This document shows positions 49,341-58,214 of a DNA stretch of 60,259 bases, one piece after another. A program made the translations under genes and the position numbers. The stretch comes from Micropruina sp. (GTDB taxonomy: Bacteria > Actinomycetota > Actinomycetes > Propionibacteriales > Propionibacteriaceae): NCBI GenBank assembly GCA_039811845.1, contig JBDHZN010000001.1:1-60259 (forward strand), given 5' to 3'. The notes beneath the pieces are model-generated. The model did not search any database. It was not told the origin of the DNA and worked only from the letters and a program-made list of their open reading frames with translations. Every line of letters starts with the position of its first letter. The first letter of the stretch is position 1.

Positions 49341-50522
49341 GTGTCTCGTCAACCCACCGCCGCCGCACTCGACGAGGTCATTCGGCTGATCTCGATGGAC
49401 ACCACCAGCCGCGACAGCAATCTGCAGCTGATCGATCACGCCGTCGAGCTACTGAAGGATGTCGGCATCGAGTCGACCCTGGTGCCCAACGACGAGGGCA
49501 CCAAGGCCAACCTGCTGGCGACCTTCCCGGACGCCGATGGCGGCGTCACCGGCGGCATCGTGCTCTCTGCGCACACCGACGTGGTGCCCGTGGATGGACA
49601 GCCGTGGAGCAGTGACCCGTTCGCCGCCGAGGTGCGCGACGGACGGCTGTACGGCCGCGGCAGTGCCGACATGAAGTCGTTCCTCGCCGTCGTGCTCACC
49701 AAGCTCGGCGATTTCATCGCCCAACCGCTGGCCGAACCGATTCACCTCGCGCTCTCCTACGACGAGGAGGTGGGTTGCGTCGGCGCCGTGCCCCTGGTCG
49801 AGCGGATCACCGAACTCGGGCTGAAGCCGCGAGGTTGCATCGTCGGTGAGCCCACCAGCATGCGCATCGTCCGCGGGCACAAGTCGATCAACACGATGAC
49901 CGTTCACTTCCGCGGCGTGGCGGCACACTCCTCGCTGACTCCGCAGGGTGTGAACGCGATCGCCTACGCGGCGCGCTTCGTCGACTTCGTCGAGCAGGTG
50001 GCGGCCGAGTTCCGTGAGAACGGTCCGTTCGATCCCGATTACGTCGTCCCGTTCACCACCACGACGGCCAACATGATCAGTGGTGGCATCGCGGTCAACA
50101 CCATTCCTGCCGACTGCACCGTGCGATTCGAGTTCCGCGGGTTGGTCACGGTCGACCAGGCCGAGCTGACCGAGCGGTACCGGGCCGAGGCGTCCCGGCT
50201 CGAAGCCGAGATGCGGCAGGCCAACCCCAAGGCGGGCGTGGACTTCACGGTCCAGTCGTCGTCCCCCGGACTGGAGGGTCCGACCGATTCCGAGATCTTC
50301 GGATTGGCAGCGGCCTGGGGCGGGATTCCCAGCAACGACAAAGTGACCTACGGCACCGAGGCCGGCCTGTTCGCAAACGCCGGAATCCCGTCGGTCGTCT
50401 GCGGCCCCGGTGACATCGCTCAGGCGCATTCCCCCGACGAGTTCATCGATCTCGAACAGATCGCACTCTGTGAGGACTTCATCGACAACGTGATCGCCCA
50501 CGCCCGGGCGAATCGCAGCTAA
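49341..50522 (+). CDS. argE: Acetylornithine deacetylase (M20 family)
   Basis: SAHTDVVP, YGRGSADMK, YDEEVGC, GEPT, YGTEAG, AHSPDE. Confidence 0.85.
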   Translation: MSRQPTAAALDEVIRLISMDTTSRDSNLQLIDHAVELLKDVGIESTLVPNDEGTKANLLATFPDADGGVTGGIVLSAHTDVVPVDGQPWSSDPFAAEVRDGRLYGRGSADMKSFLAVVLTKLGDFIAQPLAEPIHLALSYDEEVGCVGAVPLVERITELGLKPRGCIVGEPTSMRIVRGHKSINTMTVHFRGVAAHSSLTPQGVNAIAYAARFVDFVEQVAAEFRENGPFDPDYVVPFTTTTANMISGGIAVNTIPADCTVRFEFRGLVTVDQAELTERYRAEASRLEAEMRQANPKAGVDFTVQSSSPGLEGPTDSEIFGLAAAWGGIPSNDKVTYGTEAGLFANAGIPSVVCGPGDIAQAHSPDEFIDLEQIALCEDFIDNVIAHARANRS

Positions 50523-50546
50523 GCCCCACCGAAAACCGAGGCCGCC

Positions 50547-51833
50547 ATGACCGCCACAGCCCCACCGGAAATCAGCCCGGAACGACTTCTCAGCGCGCGA
50601 AAGGCGGTGATCAGCAGTTCGATCGGTGCCGCACTCGAATGGTTCGACGTCATCGTCTATGCGTCGTTCGCGACCATCATCGCCAAGAACTTCTTCACAT
50701 TTGCCGACGCGCCCCCGATCGTCGGTCTGATCCTGACCTTTGCGACCTTCGCGGTCACCTACCTGGTCCGGCCCATCGGCGGCATGGTGCTGGGCAGCTA
50801 CGCCGACCGAGGCGGACGCAAGAACGCCCTGACCCTGACCATGATGCTGATGATGGTCGGCACCCTGATCATGGCGGTCGCACCCACCTACGCGACCATC
50901 GGCTTCGCGGCGCCGGTCATCATTCTGATCTCCCGGCTCATTCAGGGATTCAGCGCCGGCGGCGAATTCGGCACCGCCACCACCTTCCTGGTCGAGACCG
51001 CCCCGCACCGGAAGAACTTCTACGCGTCGTGGCAGATCGTCAGCCAGGGCGCATCGATGTTCCTCGCGTCGGCCTTCGGCTTCGGCCTCAATACCTGGAT
51101 GTCGCCGGAAGACCTGAACAACTGGGGCTGGCGCATCCCGTTCTTCGTCGGACTGCTGGTCGGACCGGTCGGACTCTACATTCGCGCCAAACTGGACGAG
51201 ACCGATGAGTTCATGGCGACGGTCAAGGAACATTCGCCGCTGAGGACGTTGCTCACCGACCATTACGGGCGTGTGCTGGCGGGTTCGGCCGTCATCGGCG
51301 TCGCCACGATCACCACCTACATGATTCTGTACATGCCGACCTTTGCCGTGACCAACCTGCACATTCCGCCGACCGCGGCCTATCTCGGCGGTGTGGTCGC
51401 CGGCCTGACCAACATCATCGGCGTCCCGTTCGTCGGCCATCTCGCCGACCGGGTCGGGCCGGCCAAGGTGATGACCTGGTCCGGCGTCGCCGCGCTGGTT
51501 CTGGCCTGGCCGCTGTTCGCCCTGATCGTCAACAACCCCACCGTGCCGATGCTGGTGCTGGTCATCGGCGTGCTGGGCGTCATCATGGCGTTCTACTTCG
51601 GCGCCCTGCCCGGGCTGATGTCGTCGCTGTTCCCGGCGGCCGTGCGCGGTTCCGGTCTGTCCGTCGCCTACAACGTGGGCGTGACCCTGCTGGGCGGCAT
51701 CGCTCCGCTGGTGCTCACCTGGCTGCTCGAGGTCACCGGCTCGCTGACCGTTCCCAGCGTGTACTACATGGTGATCTCGGTGATCTCGCTGGTGGGCCTG
51801 TACTTCGTCCGGGTGAAGTACAAGCAGGCCTGA
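50547..51833 (+). CDS. MFS transporter, MHS (ProP-like) family
   Basis: LEWFDVIVY, RPIGG..G..ADRGGRK, RLIQGFSAGGE, WGWRIPF. Confidence 0.9.
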   Translation: MTATAPPEISPERLLSARKAVISSSIGAALEWFDVIVYASFATIIAKNFFTFADAPPIVGLILTFATFAVTYLVRPIGGMVLGSYADRGGRKNALTLTMMLMMVGTLIMAVAPTYATIGFAAPVIILISRLIQGFSAGGEFGTATTFLVETAPHRKNFYASWQIVSQGASMFLASAFGFGLNTWMSPEDLNNWGWRIPFFVGLLVGPVGLYIRAKLDETDEFMATVKEHSPLRTLLTDHYGRVLAGSAVIGVATITTYMILYMPTFAVTNLHIPPTAAYLGGVVAGLTNIIGVPFVGHLADRVGPAKVMTWSGVAALVLAWPLFALIVNNPTVPMLVLVIGVLGVIMAFYFGALPGLMSSLFPAAVRGSGLSVAYNVGVTLLGGIAPLVLTWLLEVTGSLTVPSVYYMVISVISLVGLYFVRVKYKQA

Positions 51834-52301
51834 GCCTCGCCGCGTAGCAGGCCGCGGGTGGGCCGGAGTTCAGCACTCCGACCCACCCGCGTTCTGCTGA
51901 TTCCGGACGCCGACGGCTTCCGGCCTGGCGTCGGCAGATCGCGGCGGGTTGAGGGCCCGTCCCGCAGTTCGGTCCGATCTTCTCCGACGCGCTACAGTGG
52001 CCGCGGCGGTGGGGCTCGCCCTTATTACAGAACCGTTGCCACGGCAACCAACAGTCCCTACCTCGATGCACAGCTCGGCTGAGCACGGAGGTGGGGCTTT
52101 CCGCCTTCGCTCTCAGTCATGCCTTCGCGCTCAGTCGTGCTGTTGCCGTCCGGGCTCCACCGTGGAGTCCGGCGCGACCGGAAAGGTGACGGCGATGTTC
52201 TTCGAGATCAATCACAGGCAAGTCCTGGTCAGGCCTGGCTCCGCAGCACGCGTGCATGACAACGCGGGGCGGCAGGCGTTCGCTGCCGAAGGAGGTGCGC
52301 G

Positions 52302-52517
52302 ATGAGCAAGCAGGACAGCTACGACGTCGACCCGGGTTACGGCGGCGCGGACCATCCGCATCCGCATTCGGATCCCGCGGTGGATCAGGGGTACGGCGGT
52401 GAGAACGCTCCGCACCGGCACGATCCGCGCTACCCGGGCGTCGACCCCAGCTACGGTGGCGACAGTTCGCCCGGCTACCTCCATCGGACCGGCCTGGACG
52501 AGGACGACGAGGGCTGA
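52302..52517 (+). CDS. Small acidic, His-rich protein with three VDxxYGG repeats
   Basis: Strong RBS aaggaggt; repeats VDPGYGG, VDQGYGG, VDPSYGG. Confidence 0.65.
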   Translation: MSKQDSYDVDPGYGGADHPHPHSDPAVDQGYGGENAPHRHDPRYPGVDPSYGGDSSPGYLHRTGLDEDDEG

Positions 52518-52881
52518 GCGCAGCTCATGAAAGACCGGCCCGTCGGTGGACCTCACCGACGGGCCGGCTTGTCGAAATCCCCTTGCCAGCGCACCGTCGC
52601 GAAGAGTCTCGACAGGCTCGACCGACGGCAAGGGGAGGTCTCGCAGACTCCGGGGGTGTGTCGTCCGGTTCGAAAAGGAACGTAACCTTGATTGGTAGTG
52701 CGCCGATCCCGTGGTCGGCGATGGATTCGCCGATGTGACGGTTGCCGACACCGTCTTCTAACCAACCCGAAGGGAACGCCGCGATGGGTGAGTCAGTCGT
52801 CATCGAGACGCTGGCCGGCTTCTCAGTAGGACTGCGGCCGTTCGAAGCGATGGTCGGGTCCATGACGGCGAGAGGTCTCTG

Positions 52882-54255
52882 ATGGCGCTCAGCGTCTTGG
52901 ACATGTTCACCATCGGGATCGGCCCGTCGTCGTCGCACACCGTCGGCCCGATGCGGGCTGCCGCACTGTTCGTCGAACGACTGGACGCCGACGGCCTGCT
53001 GGAGCGGGTCGACCGGGTCCAGTCCGAGCTGTTCGGGTCGCTAGGAGCGACCGGCCACGGGCACGGCTCGGACAAGGCGGTGGTGCTCGGCCTGCAGGGG
53101 GAACACCCCGAAACCGTCGACACCGACACCGTCGACGACCGGGTGGCCGAGGTGAAGGCCGGACGCCTGCTGCTGGCCGGACGGCGTCCGATCGGCTTCT
53201 CCTGGTACGACGACCTCATCCTGCACCGCCGCCGCAGCCTGCCCGCCCACCCCAACGGGATGACGTTCCGGGCCTTCGACGGCGACGGGACGCTGCTCCG
53301 CGAGGCCACCTTCTACTCGGTCGGCGGCGGATTCGTGGTCGACGAGCAGGCGATCGGCGTCGACCGGATCGTCGAGGACGCCACCCCGCTGCCGTACCCC
53401 TTCACCACCGGAGCGCAACTGCTGGCGATCTGCCAGGAGACCGGCCTGCGGGTGAGCGACGTGATGCTCGCCAACGAGCTCTCCTGGCGCACCGAGGAGG
53501 AGTTGCGCGCCGAACTGCTGCACATCTGGGCGGTGATGCAGGAGTGCGTACGAACCGGCTGCTCGCGCACCGAAACGCTGCTGCCGGGTGGGCTGAGGGT
53601 GCCGCGGCGGGCGCCGAAGCTGCTCGCCGACCTGGAGTCCGCCGACGACCAGATCGACCCGATCCGGGCGATGGACTGGGTCGACCTGTTCGCACTGGCG
53701 GTGAACGAGGAGAACGCGTCCGGCGGCCGGATCGTCACCGCACCCACCAACGGGGCGGCCGGAATCGTGCCCGCGGTGCTGCATTACTACATGAAGTTCG
53801 TACCCGGCGCCGACTCGGACGGGGTGGTGCGCTTCCTGCTGGCCGCCGCCGCGGTGGGCATCCTGTTCAAGGAGAACGCCTCCATCTCGGGTGCCGAGGT
53901 GGGCTGTCAGGGCGAGGTCGGCTCGGCCTGCGCGATGGCCGCCGGCGGTCTGTGCGAGGTGCTCGGCGGGACGTCGACACAAGTCGAGAACGCGGCCGAG
54001 ATCGGCATCGAACACAACCTGGGGCTGACCTGCGACCCGGTCGGCGGCCTGGTGCAGATCCCTTGCATCGAACGCAATGCGATCGCCAGCAACACCGCCA
54101 TCAATGCCGCCCGGATCGCGCTGCGCGGCGACGGCAGCCACAAGGTGTCCCTGGACAAGGCGATCAAGACGATGCGCGAGACCGGTGCCGACATGAAGAT
54201 CAAATACAAGGAGACCTCCCGCGGCGGCCTCGCCGTCAACGTCATCGAGTGCTGA
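52882..54255 (+). CDS. sdaA: L-serine dehydratase (Fe-S)
   Basis: [52 protein letters not shown]. Confidence 0.95.
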   Translation: MALSVLDMFTIGIGPSSSHTVGPMRAAALFVERLDADGLLERVDRVQSELFGSLGATGHGHGSDKAVVLGLQGEHPETVDTDTVDDRVAEVKAGRLLLAGRRPIGFSWYDDLILHRRRSLPAHPNGMTFRAFDGDGTLLREATFYSVGGGFVVDEQAIGVDRIVEDATPLPYPFTTGAQLLAICQETGLRVSDVMLANELSWRTEEELRAELLHIWAVMQECVRTGCSRTETLLPGGLRVPRRAPKLLADLESADDQIDPIRAMDWVDLFALAVNEENASGGRIVTAPTNGAAGIVPAVLHYYMKFVPGADSDGVVRFLLAAAAVGILFKENASISGAEVGCQGEVGSACAMAAGGLCEVLGGTSTQVENAAEIGIEHNLGLTCDPVGGLVQIPCIERNAIASNTAINAARIALRGDGSHKVSLDKAIKTMRETGADMKIKYKETSRGGLAVNVIEC

Positions 54256-54258
54256 CCG

Positions 54259-55383
54259 ATGACGCCTCTGGTGACCGCGTCGGATCGGTGGGTTGAGCCG
54301 GGCGTCCGCGCCGTCACGGTGCTGGTCATCGGGGCGGGGCAGGCGGGCTTGTCGGCCGGCTACCACCTGACTCGCCGCGGCTACCGCAGCGCACTCGACG
54401 ACCCTGGCGCCGACCACAGCTTCGTGATGCTGGACGCCGAGTCGGCGCCCGGCGGAGCCTGGCAGCACCGCTGGGAATCGCTGCGGATGGCGACGGTGAA
54501 CGGCATCTTCGACCTGCCCGGCTTTCCGAAACCTCCGATCGATCCGGACGAGCCCAGCCGGACGGCGGTGCCGCGCTACTTCGCCGCCTACGAACAGAAG
54601 ATGGCGCTGCCGATCCTGCGTCCGGTCACGGTCACGGCGGTGACTCGCGCGGACGCCGACCCCGAGGGCGACCTGCTGGTCGACAGCAGTACGGGCCGGT
54701 GGCGCGTCCGGGCGCTCATCAACGCCACCGGTACCTGGACCAACCCGGTGCTGCCGTCCTACCCGGGACAGGCCAGCTTCCGGGGACGGCAGTTGCACAC
54801 CCGCGACTACCTCGACGCCGATCAGTTCGCGGGGCAGCGGGTGGCCATCGTCGGCGGTGGCATCTCGGCCATTCAGCAACTCGAGGAGATCTCCCGCGTG
54901 GCGAGCGTGTACTGGTACACCCGCCGCGAACCGGTGTTCCGCGACGGCGAGTTCCGTCCCGAGATGGAGGGCCGCGCGATCATCGCGAAGGTCACCGCTG
55001 ACGCCGAGGCCGGCAATCCCACCGGCAGCGTCGTCTCCTACACGGGCCTGCCCTGGTTGCCGTACGCCGTCGCCGCCCGCGAGCGTGGGGTGCTGAACCG
55101 GCGTCCGATGTTCACCGCGATCGAGTCGGACGGCGTCCGCGAGGCCGACGGCAGCTTCACCCCGGTCGACGTCATCGTGTGGGCGACCGGGTTCCGGCCC
55201 GATCTGCACCACCTGGATCCACTGCGACTACGCAATTCGCGCGGCGGCATCGCGGTCCGCGGCACCGAGGTGGTTGCCGATCCGCGGATCCAGCTGATCG
55301 GTTTCGGCCCGTCGCAGTCCACCGTCGGGGCCAACCGCGCCGGACGTGAAGCCGTCCGCCGGATCAATGCCCGGCTCGGCTGA
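54259..55383 (+). CDS. Flavin-dependent NAD(P)-binding oxidoreductase (FMO/TrkA-like)
   Basis: VIGAGQAGL, NATG, VGGGISA, WATGF. Confidence 0.85.
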   Translation: MTPLVTASDRWVEPGVRAVTVLVIGAGQAGLSAGYHLTRRGYRSALDDPGADHSFVMLDAESAPGGAWQHRWESLRMATVNGIFDLPGFPKPPIDPDEPSRTAVPRYFAAYEQKMALPILRPVTVTAVTRADADPEGDLLVDSSTGRWRVRALINATGTWTNPVLPSYPGQASFRGRQLHTRDYLDADQFAGQRVAIVGGGISAIQQLEEISRVASVYWYTRREPVFRDGEFRPEMEGRAIIAKVTADAEAGNPTGSVVSYTGLPWLPYAVAARERGVLNRRPMFTAIESDGVREADGSFTPVDVIVWATGFRPDLHHLDPLRLRNSRGGIAVRGTEVVADPRIQLIGFGPSQSTVGANRAGREAVRRINARLG

Positions 55384-55388
55384 ACCTT

Positions 55389-55468
55389 AGCCTCGATCCA
55401 CCGATAGGCGCCGTAGCGAGCGGCCCAGCTGGGGTCGCGCAGTAGGCGCAAATCGGTGGATCGAGGCT
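55389..55468. repeat. 17-bp perfect inverted repeat between convergent genes (terminator or MITE-like)
   Basis: agcctcgatccaccgat (55389-55405) and atcggtggatcgaggct (55452-55468). Confidence 0.75.
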
Positions 55469-56115
55469 TAGTGTGCGGACGCGACCAGCCGTGACGAGCC
55501 CCACTGCTGACGCATCGAGCGATGGCGGCCGGAGATCGCCCGCAGTTGGTTGATCAGACCCAGGACGGCGAGCGCGAGGTACAGCACGGTCCAGCCGATG
55601 CCGCCGGGCAGTTCGGTGAAGCCCTGGCCGGTCAGCCGATCCAGAGTCATCGCGCCGACCAGCATCGCTACCCCCGAGGTGGCGACGCTCGCGCCGGCCA
55701 GCGCAGTCAGCACCACCAGTAGGACGGCGGGCAGGTTGGTGGTCACGGCCAGGATCGCGAGCAGAACGCCTGCGATCACGCCGACGGTCAGGGTGAGGAA
55801 CGAAGAGGCCGAACTGACCATCGTCATCACGCTGGTGCCGAGGGTGAAGCCGATGGCGGCCATCCCGATGATCACGGCCAGTTGGTAGGAGAAGTAGGCC
55901 AGTAGTCCGAACAGCACCGCGCCGACGGCTCCGGCCAGCCAGCTGAGGGCGACCTGTCCGACGCCGCTGGAGTTGCCGGCGAACAGGCCGAAGCCCAGCA
56001 TGAACCCGGCGAACGCGCCGAACAGGCTGATGACCAGGCGCATCGTCACATACCCCCGGAAGCACAGCAGCGCTCCGATAAGGACGGTGATGATGCCCAC
56101 GACGATGATGTCCAT
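55468..56115 (-). CDS. DUF4203-like multi-pass membrane protein
   Basis: IGALLCFRGY..R, Gly-rich TM helices, C-terminal Q-R motif; RBS ggaggg. Confidence 0.75.
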   Translation of the reverse strand: MDIIVVGIITVLIGALLCFRGYVTMRLVISLFGAFAGFMLGFGLFAGNSSGVGQVALSWLAGAVGAVLFGLLAYFSYQLAVIIGMAAIGFTLGTSVMTMVSSASSFLTLTVGVIAGVLLAILAVTTNLPAVLLVVLTALAGASVATSGVAMLVGAMTLDRLTGQGFTELPGGIGWTVLYLALAVLGLINQLRAISGRHRSMRQQWGSSRLVASAH

Positions 56116-56229
56116 GATTGGTAATCCCTCCCGCGCCCCGGGCGCTGCGAACCAACGGATTCCATCATGACCGGGCCACACAACCCGCCGTCCCCAGCGC
56201 TCGCTAACTATTTGGGGAAGCCTATTTGG

Positions 56230-56329
56230 GGAAGCGCTGATCATCGTTGGTCGAGCTTGTCGAGACCCCCTCTGGCAACCAGGTTTCGACAAGCTCAACC
56301 AGCGAAACGCCGTATTGATCAGCGTTTCC
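56230..56329. mobile_element. MITE-like element: 14-bp terminal inverted repeats enclosing an inverted REP-A pair
   Basis: ggaagcgctgatca and tgatcagcgtttcc (13/14 match), followed by ttag. Confidence 0.6.
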
Positions 56330-56353
56330 TTAGAGGAGCGCTGGGTGTCGGGG

Positions 56354-57052
56354 TTAGCGAGGCTCCGGAGTGGGACGCAGCACGCAGGCGCCCGGGCGGG
56401 CGAACGGGATGAGCCGAAGCGGGTCGTCCGACAACTCGTCGATCAGGCCCTGGTGGATGCTGCAGACCACCGCGGGGAGCTGTCGGGCGGTCGCCAGCAG
56501 GGGACAGGTGCGCAGCTCGATGCCGTCGCCGCTGACTCGTGGCGTAAAGCCCTGCGCGGCCAGCGTGGCGAGCAGTCCGGCGTCCGCGTGCCGCAGCCGG
56601 CGACCCCAACGCCGACCGAGTTCCCGGGCGGCGTCGACCGGTTCTGGACCGGTGGCGAACTGCTCGGCCAGTGCGGCGACGAGCGCCGAACTGCCGTCCC
56701 AGGTGTCGTCCTGGCCGGCGACCTGAAGGCCGGCGATGGTCGCTCGATAGGCCCGGGGTGGACGTCCGCGGCCGCCGGTCGGTGCCGGCTCTTCGACCGC
56801 GAAACCCTCGCTGACCAGGTGTTCCAGGTGCATCCGGACGCTATTGGGGTGGCCGCCCAGTTCGGCGGTCAGGGCCGTGATGGTGATCGCTTCCTCGGCG
56901 GCGGCCAGGCTGCGCAGCACCCGCAGGGCTGCCTCGCGAGGACGATCGGTGCGCGCCGGCTGTGGGCCCAGCCCGAGCGTGGACGCCGCGGCTTGGGTGG
57001 ATTCCGTGGCCGTCGGTTGGTCGCCGTCCGGGATCGGCGCCGATGTGCTCAT
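56354..57052 (-). CDS. HTH transcriptional regulator with Cys motif (ArnR-like), paralog of 4512-5201
   Basis: GHPNSVRMHLEHL, GRGRP, CPL..VCSIHQG..C. Confidence 0.82.
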   Translation of the reverse strand: MSTSAPIPDGDQPTATESTQAAASTLGLGPQPARTDRPREAALRVLRSLAAAEEAITITALTAELGGHPNSVRMHLEHLVSEGFAVEEPAPTGGRGRPPRAYRATIAGLQVAGQDDTWDGSSALVAALAEQFATGPEPVDAARELGRRWGRRLRHADAGLLATLAAQGFTPRVSGDGIELRTCPLLATARQLPAVVCSIHQGLIDELSDDPLRLIPFARPGACVLRPTPEPR

Positions 57053-57071
57053 GCGGGCATCCTAATGCTAC

Positions 57072-57096
57072 TTTTTCCATATAAACATGGAGAAAA
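57072..57096. promoter_or_regulatory. AT-rich imperfect palindrome, putative operator in a divergent promoter
   Basis: tttttccatataaacatggagaaaa in otherwise high-GC DNA. Confidence 0.5.
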
Positions 57097-57107
57097 TGCG
57101 AGGATCT

Positions 57108-58214
57108 GTGTCCCACACCGCTCCGCCCCGTCCGCGGGCTGCCGCGCCGTCCGGACGCCGTGGCAGGGCCCGGGGACGGTTGCTGCTGATGGTCCTCGGA
57201 GGAGTCTGCCTGGTCAGCGGGCTGAACGCGGGCCTGGTCCGGCTCGAGGTGTGGGCCCCGGTGACCTCGGACCGGGCCGGCGATGTGCACGGCCTGGTCA
57301 TGGTGCTCGGCTTCCTCGGCACGCTGATCTCGCTGGAACGTGCACAGTCGCTGGGACGGCCGTGGGGCTATCTGGCGCCGGCGCTGTACGGGGCGGGCGG
57401 GCTCGCGCTGCTCAGCCCCGCACCGTTGCTGCTCGGACAACTGCTGCTGATCGAGGCCGGGGTGCTGTTCGTCGCGATCTATCTGGCCTTGTGGCGGCGT
57501 GCCCCGCGGCCGTTGGTCGGTATCCAGGTGCTCTCGGCGGTGTTGGCGCTGGGTGGGGCGGTGGTCGCCACCCTCGTCGACGTCACCGTCGCGCTGCCCT
57601 GGCTGGCCGGTTTCGTGGTGCTCACCATCGCCGCCGAGCGGGCCGAACTCGCCCAGTTGGCGATGGGACCTCGGGCTGACTCCGAACTGCTCGGCCTGGC
57701 CGGCGCGCTGACGCTGGCAATTCTGGCGGCGCTGACGCTGCCCGAGGTCGGTCCGCGATTGGTAGGTGTCGCGCTGCTGGCGATCGCGGTGTGGTTGCTG
57801 GCCCACGACGTGGTGCGGCGGCAGTTGCGGCTGTCCGGGCAGCACCGGTACCTGGCGGCCGCGCTGCTGGCGGGCTACCTGAATCTGGCCCTGGCCGGTG
57901 CGGTGCTGGTTTGGTCCGGCTTGAGCACCGGTAGGGCTAGCTACGACGTGGTGGTGCACGGCGTCTTCCTCGGTTTCGCGCTGTCGATGGTGATGGCGCA
58001 TGCGCCGGTCATCCTGCCGGCCGTGCTGGGGCGGTCGTTGCCGTATCGCCCGGTGCTGTGGCTGCCGCTCGGGTTGCTGCACGCCGGTTTGGCGCTGCGC
58101 TTCGCGGGCGCACTCGGCGGCTGGGACGTCGCCTGGCAGGTCGGCGGTGTGGTCACAGTGCTCGCCCTACTGGTCTTCATGGCCACCGCGATCACCCTGG
58201 TGGTGCGGCGATGA
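57108..58214 (+). CDS. Multi-pass membrane protein (NnrS-like; typical neighbour of actinobacterial nitrite reductase)
   Basis: HGLVMVLGFLGTLISLERA, YDVVVHGVFLGF..MVMAHAP. Confidence 0.75.
   Translation: MSHTAPPRPRAAAPSGRRGRARGRLLLMVLGGVCLVSGLNAGLVRLEVWAPVTSDRAGDVHGLVMVLGFLGTLISLERAQSLGRPWGYLAPALYGAGGLALLSPAPLLLGQLLLIEAGVLFVAIYLALWRRAPRPLVGIQVLSAVLALGGAVVATLVDVTVALPWLAGFVVLTIAAERAELAQLAMGPRADSELLGLAGALTLAILAALTLPEVGPRLVGVALLAIAVWLLAHDVVRRQLRLSGQHRYLAAALLAGYLNLALAGAVLVWSGLSTGRASYDVVVHGVFLGFALSMVMAHAPVILPAVLGRSLPYRPVLWLPLGLLHAGLALRFAGALGGWDVAWQVGGVVTVLALLVFMATAITLVVRR

Noticed and set aside
49020-52520. Genomic island at tRNA-Gly
   Set aside because: No integrase, no duplicated tRNA 3' end seen, and argE-MFS lie on the 5' side of the tRNA
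52660-52880. Glycine riboswitch upstream of sdaA
   Set aside because: The conserved GGAGA...CCGAAG...CUCUCAGG aptamer pattern could not be assembled
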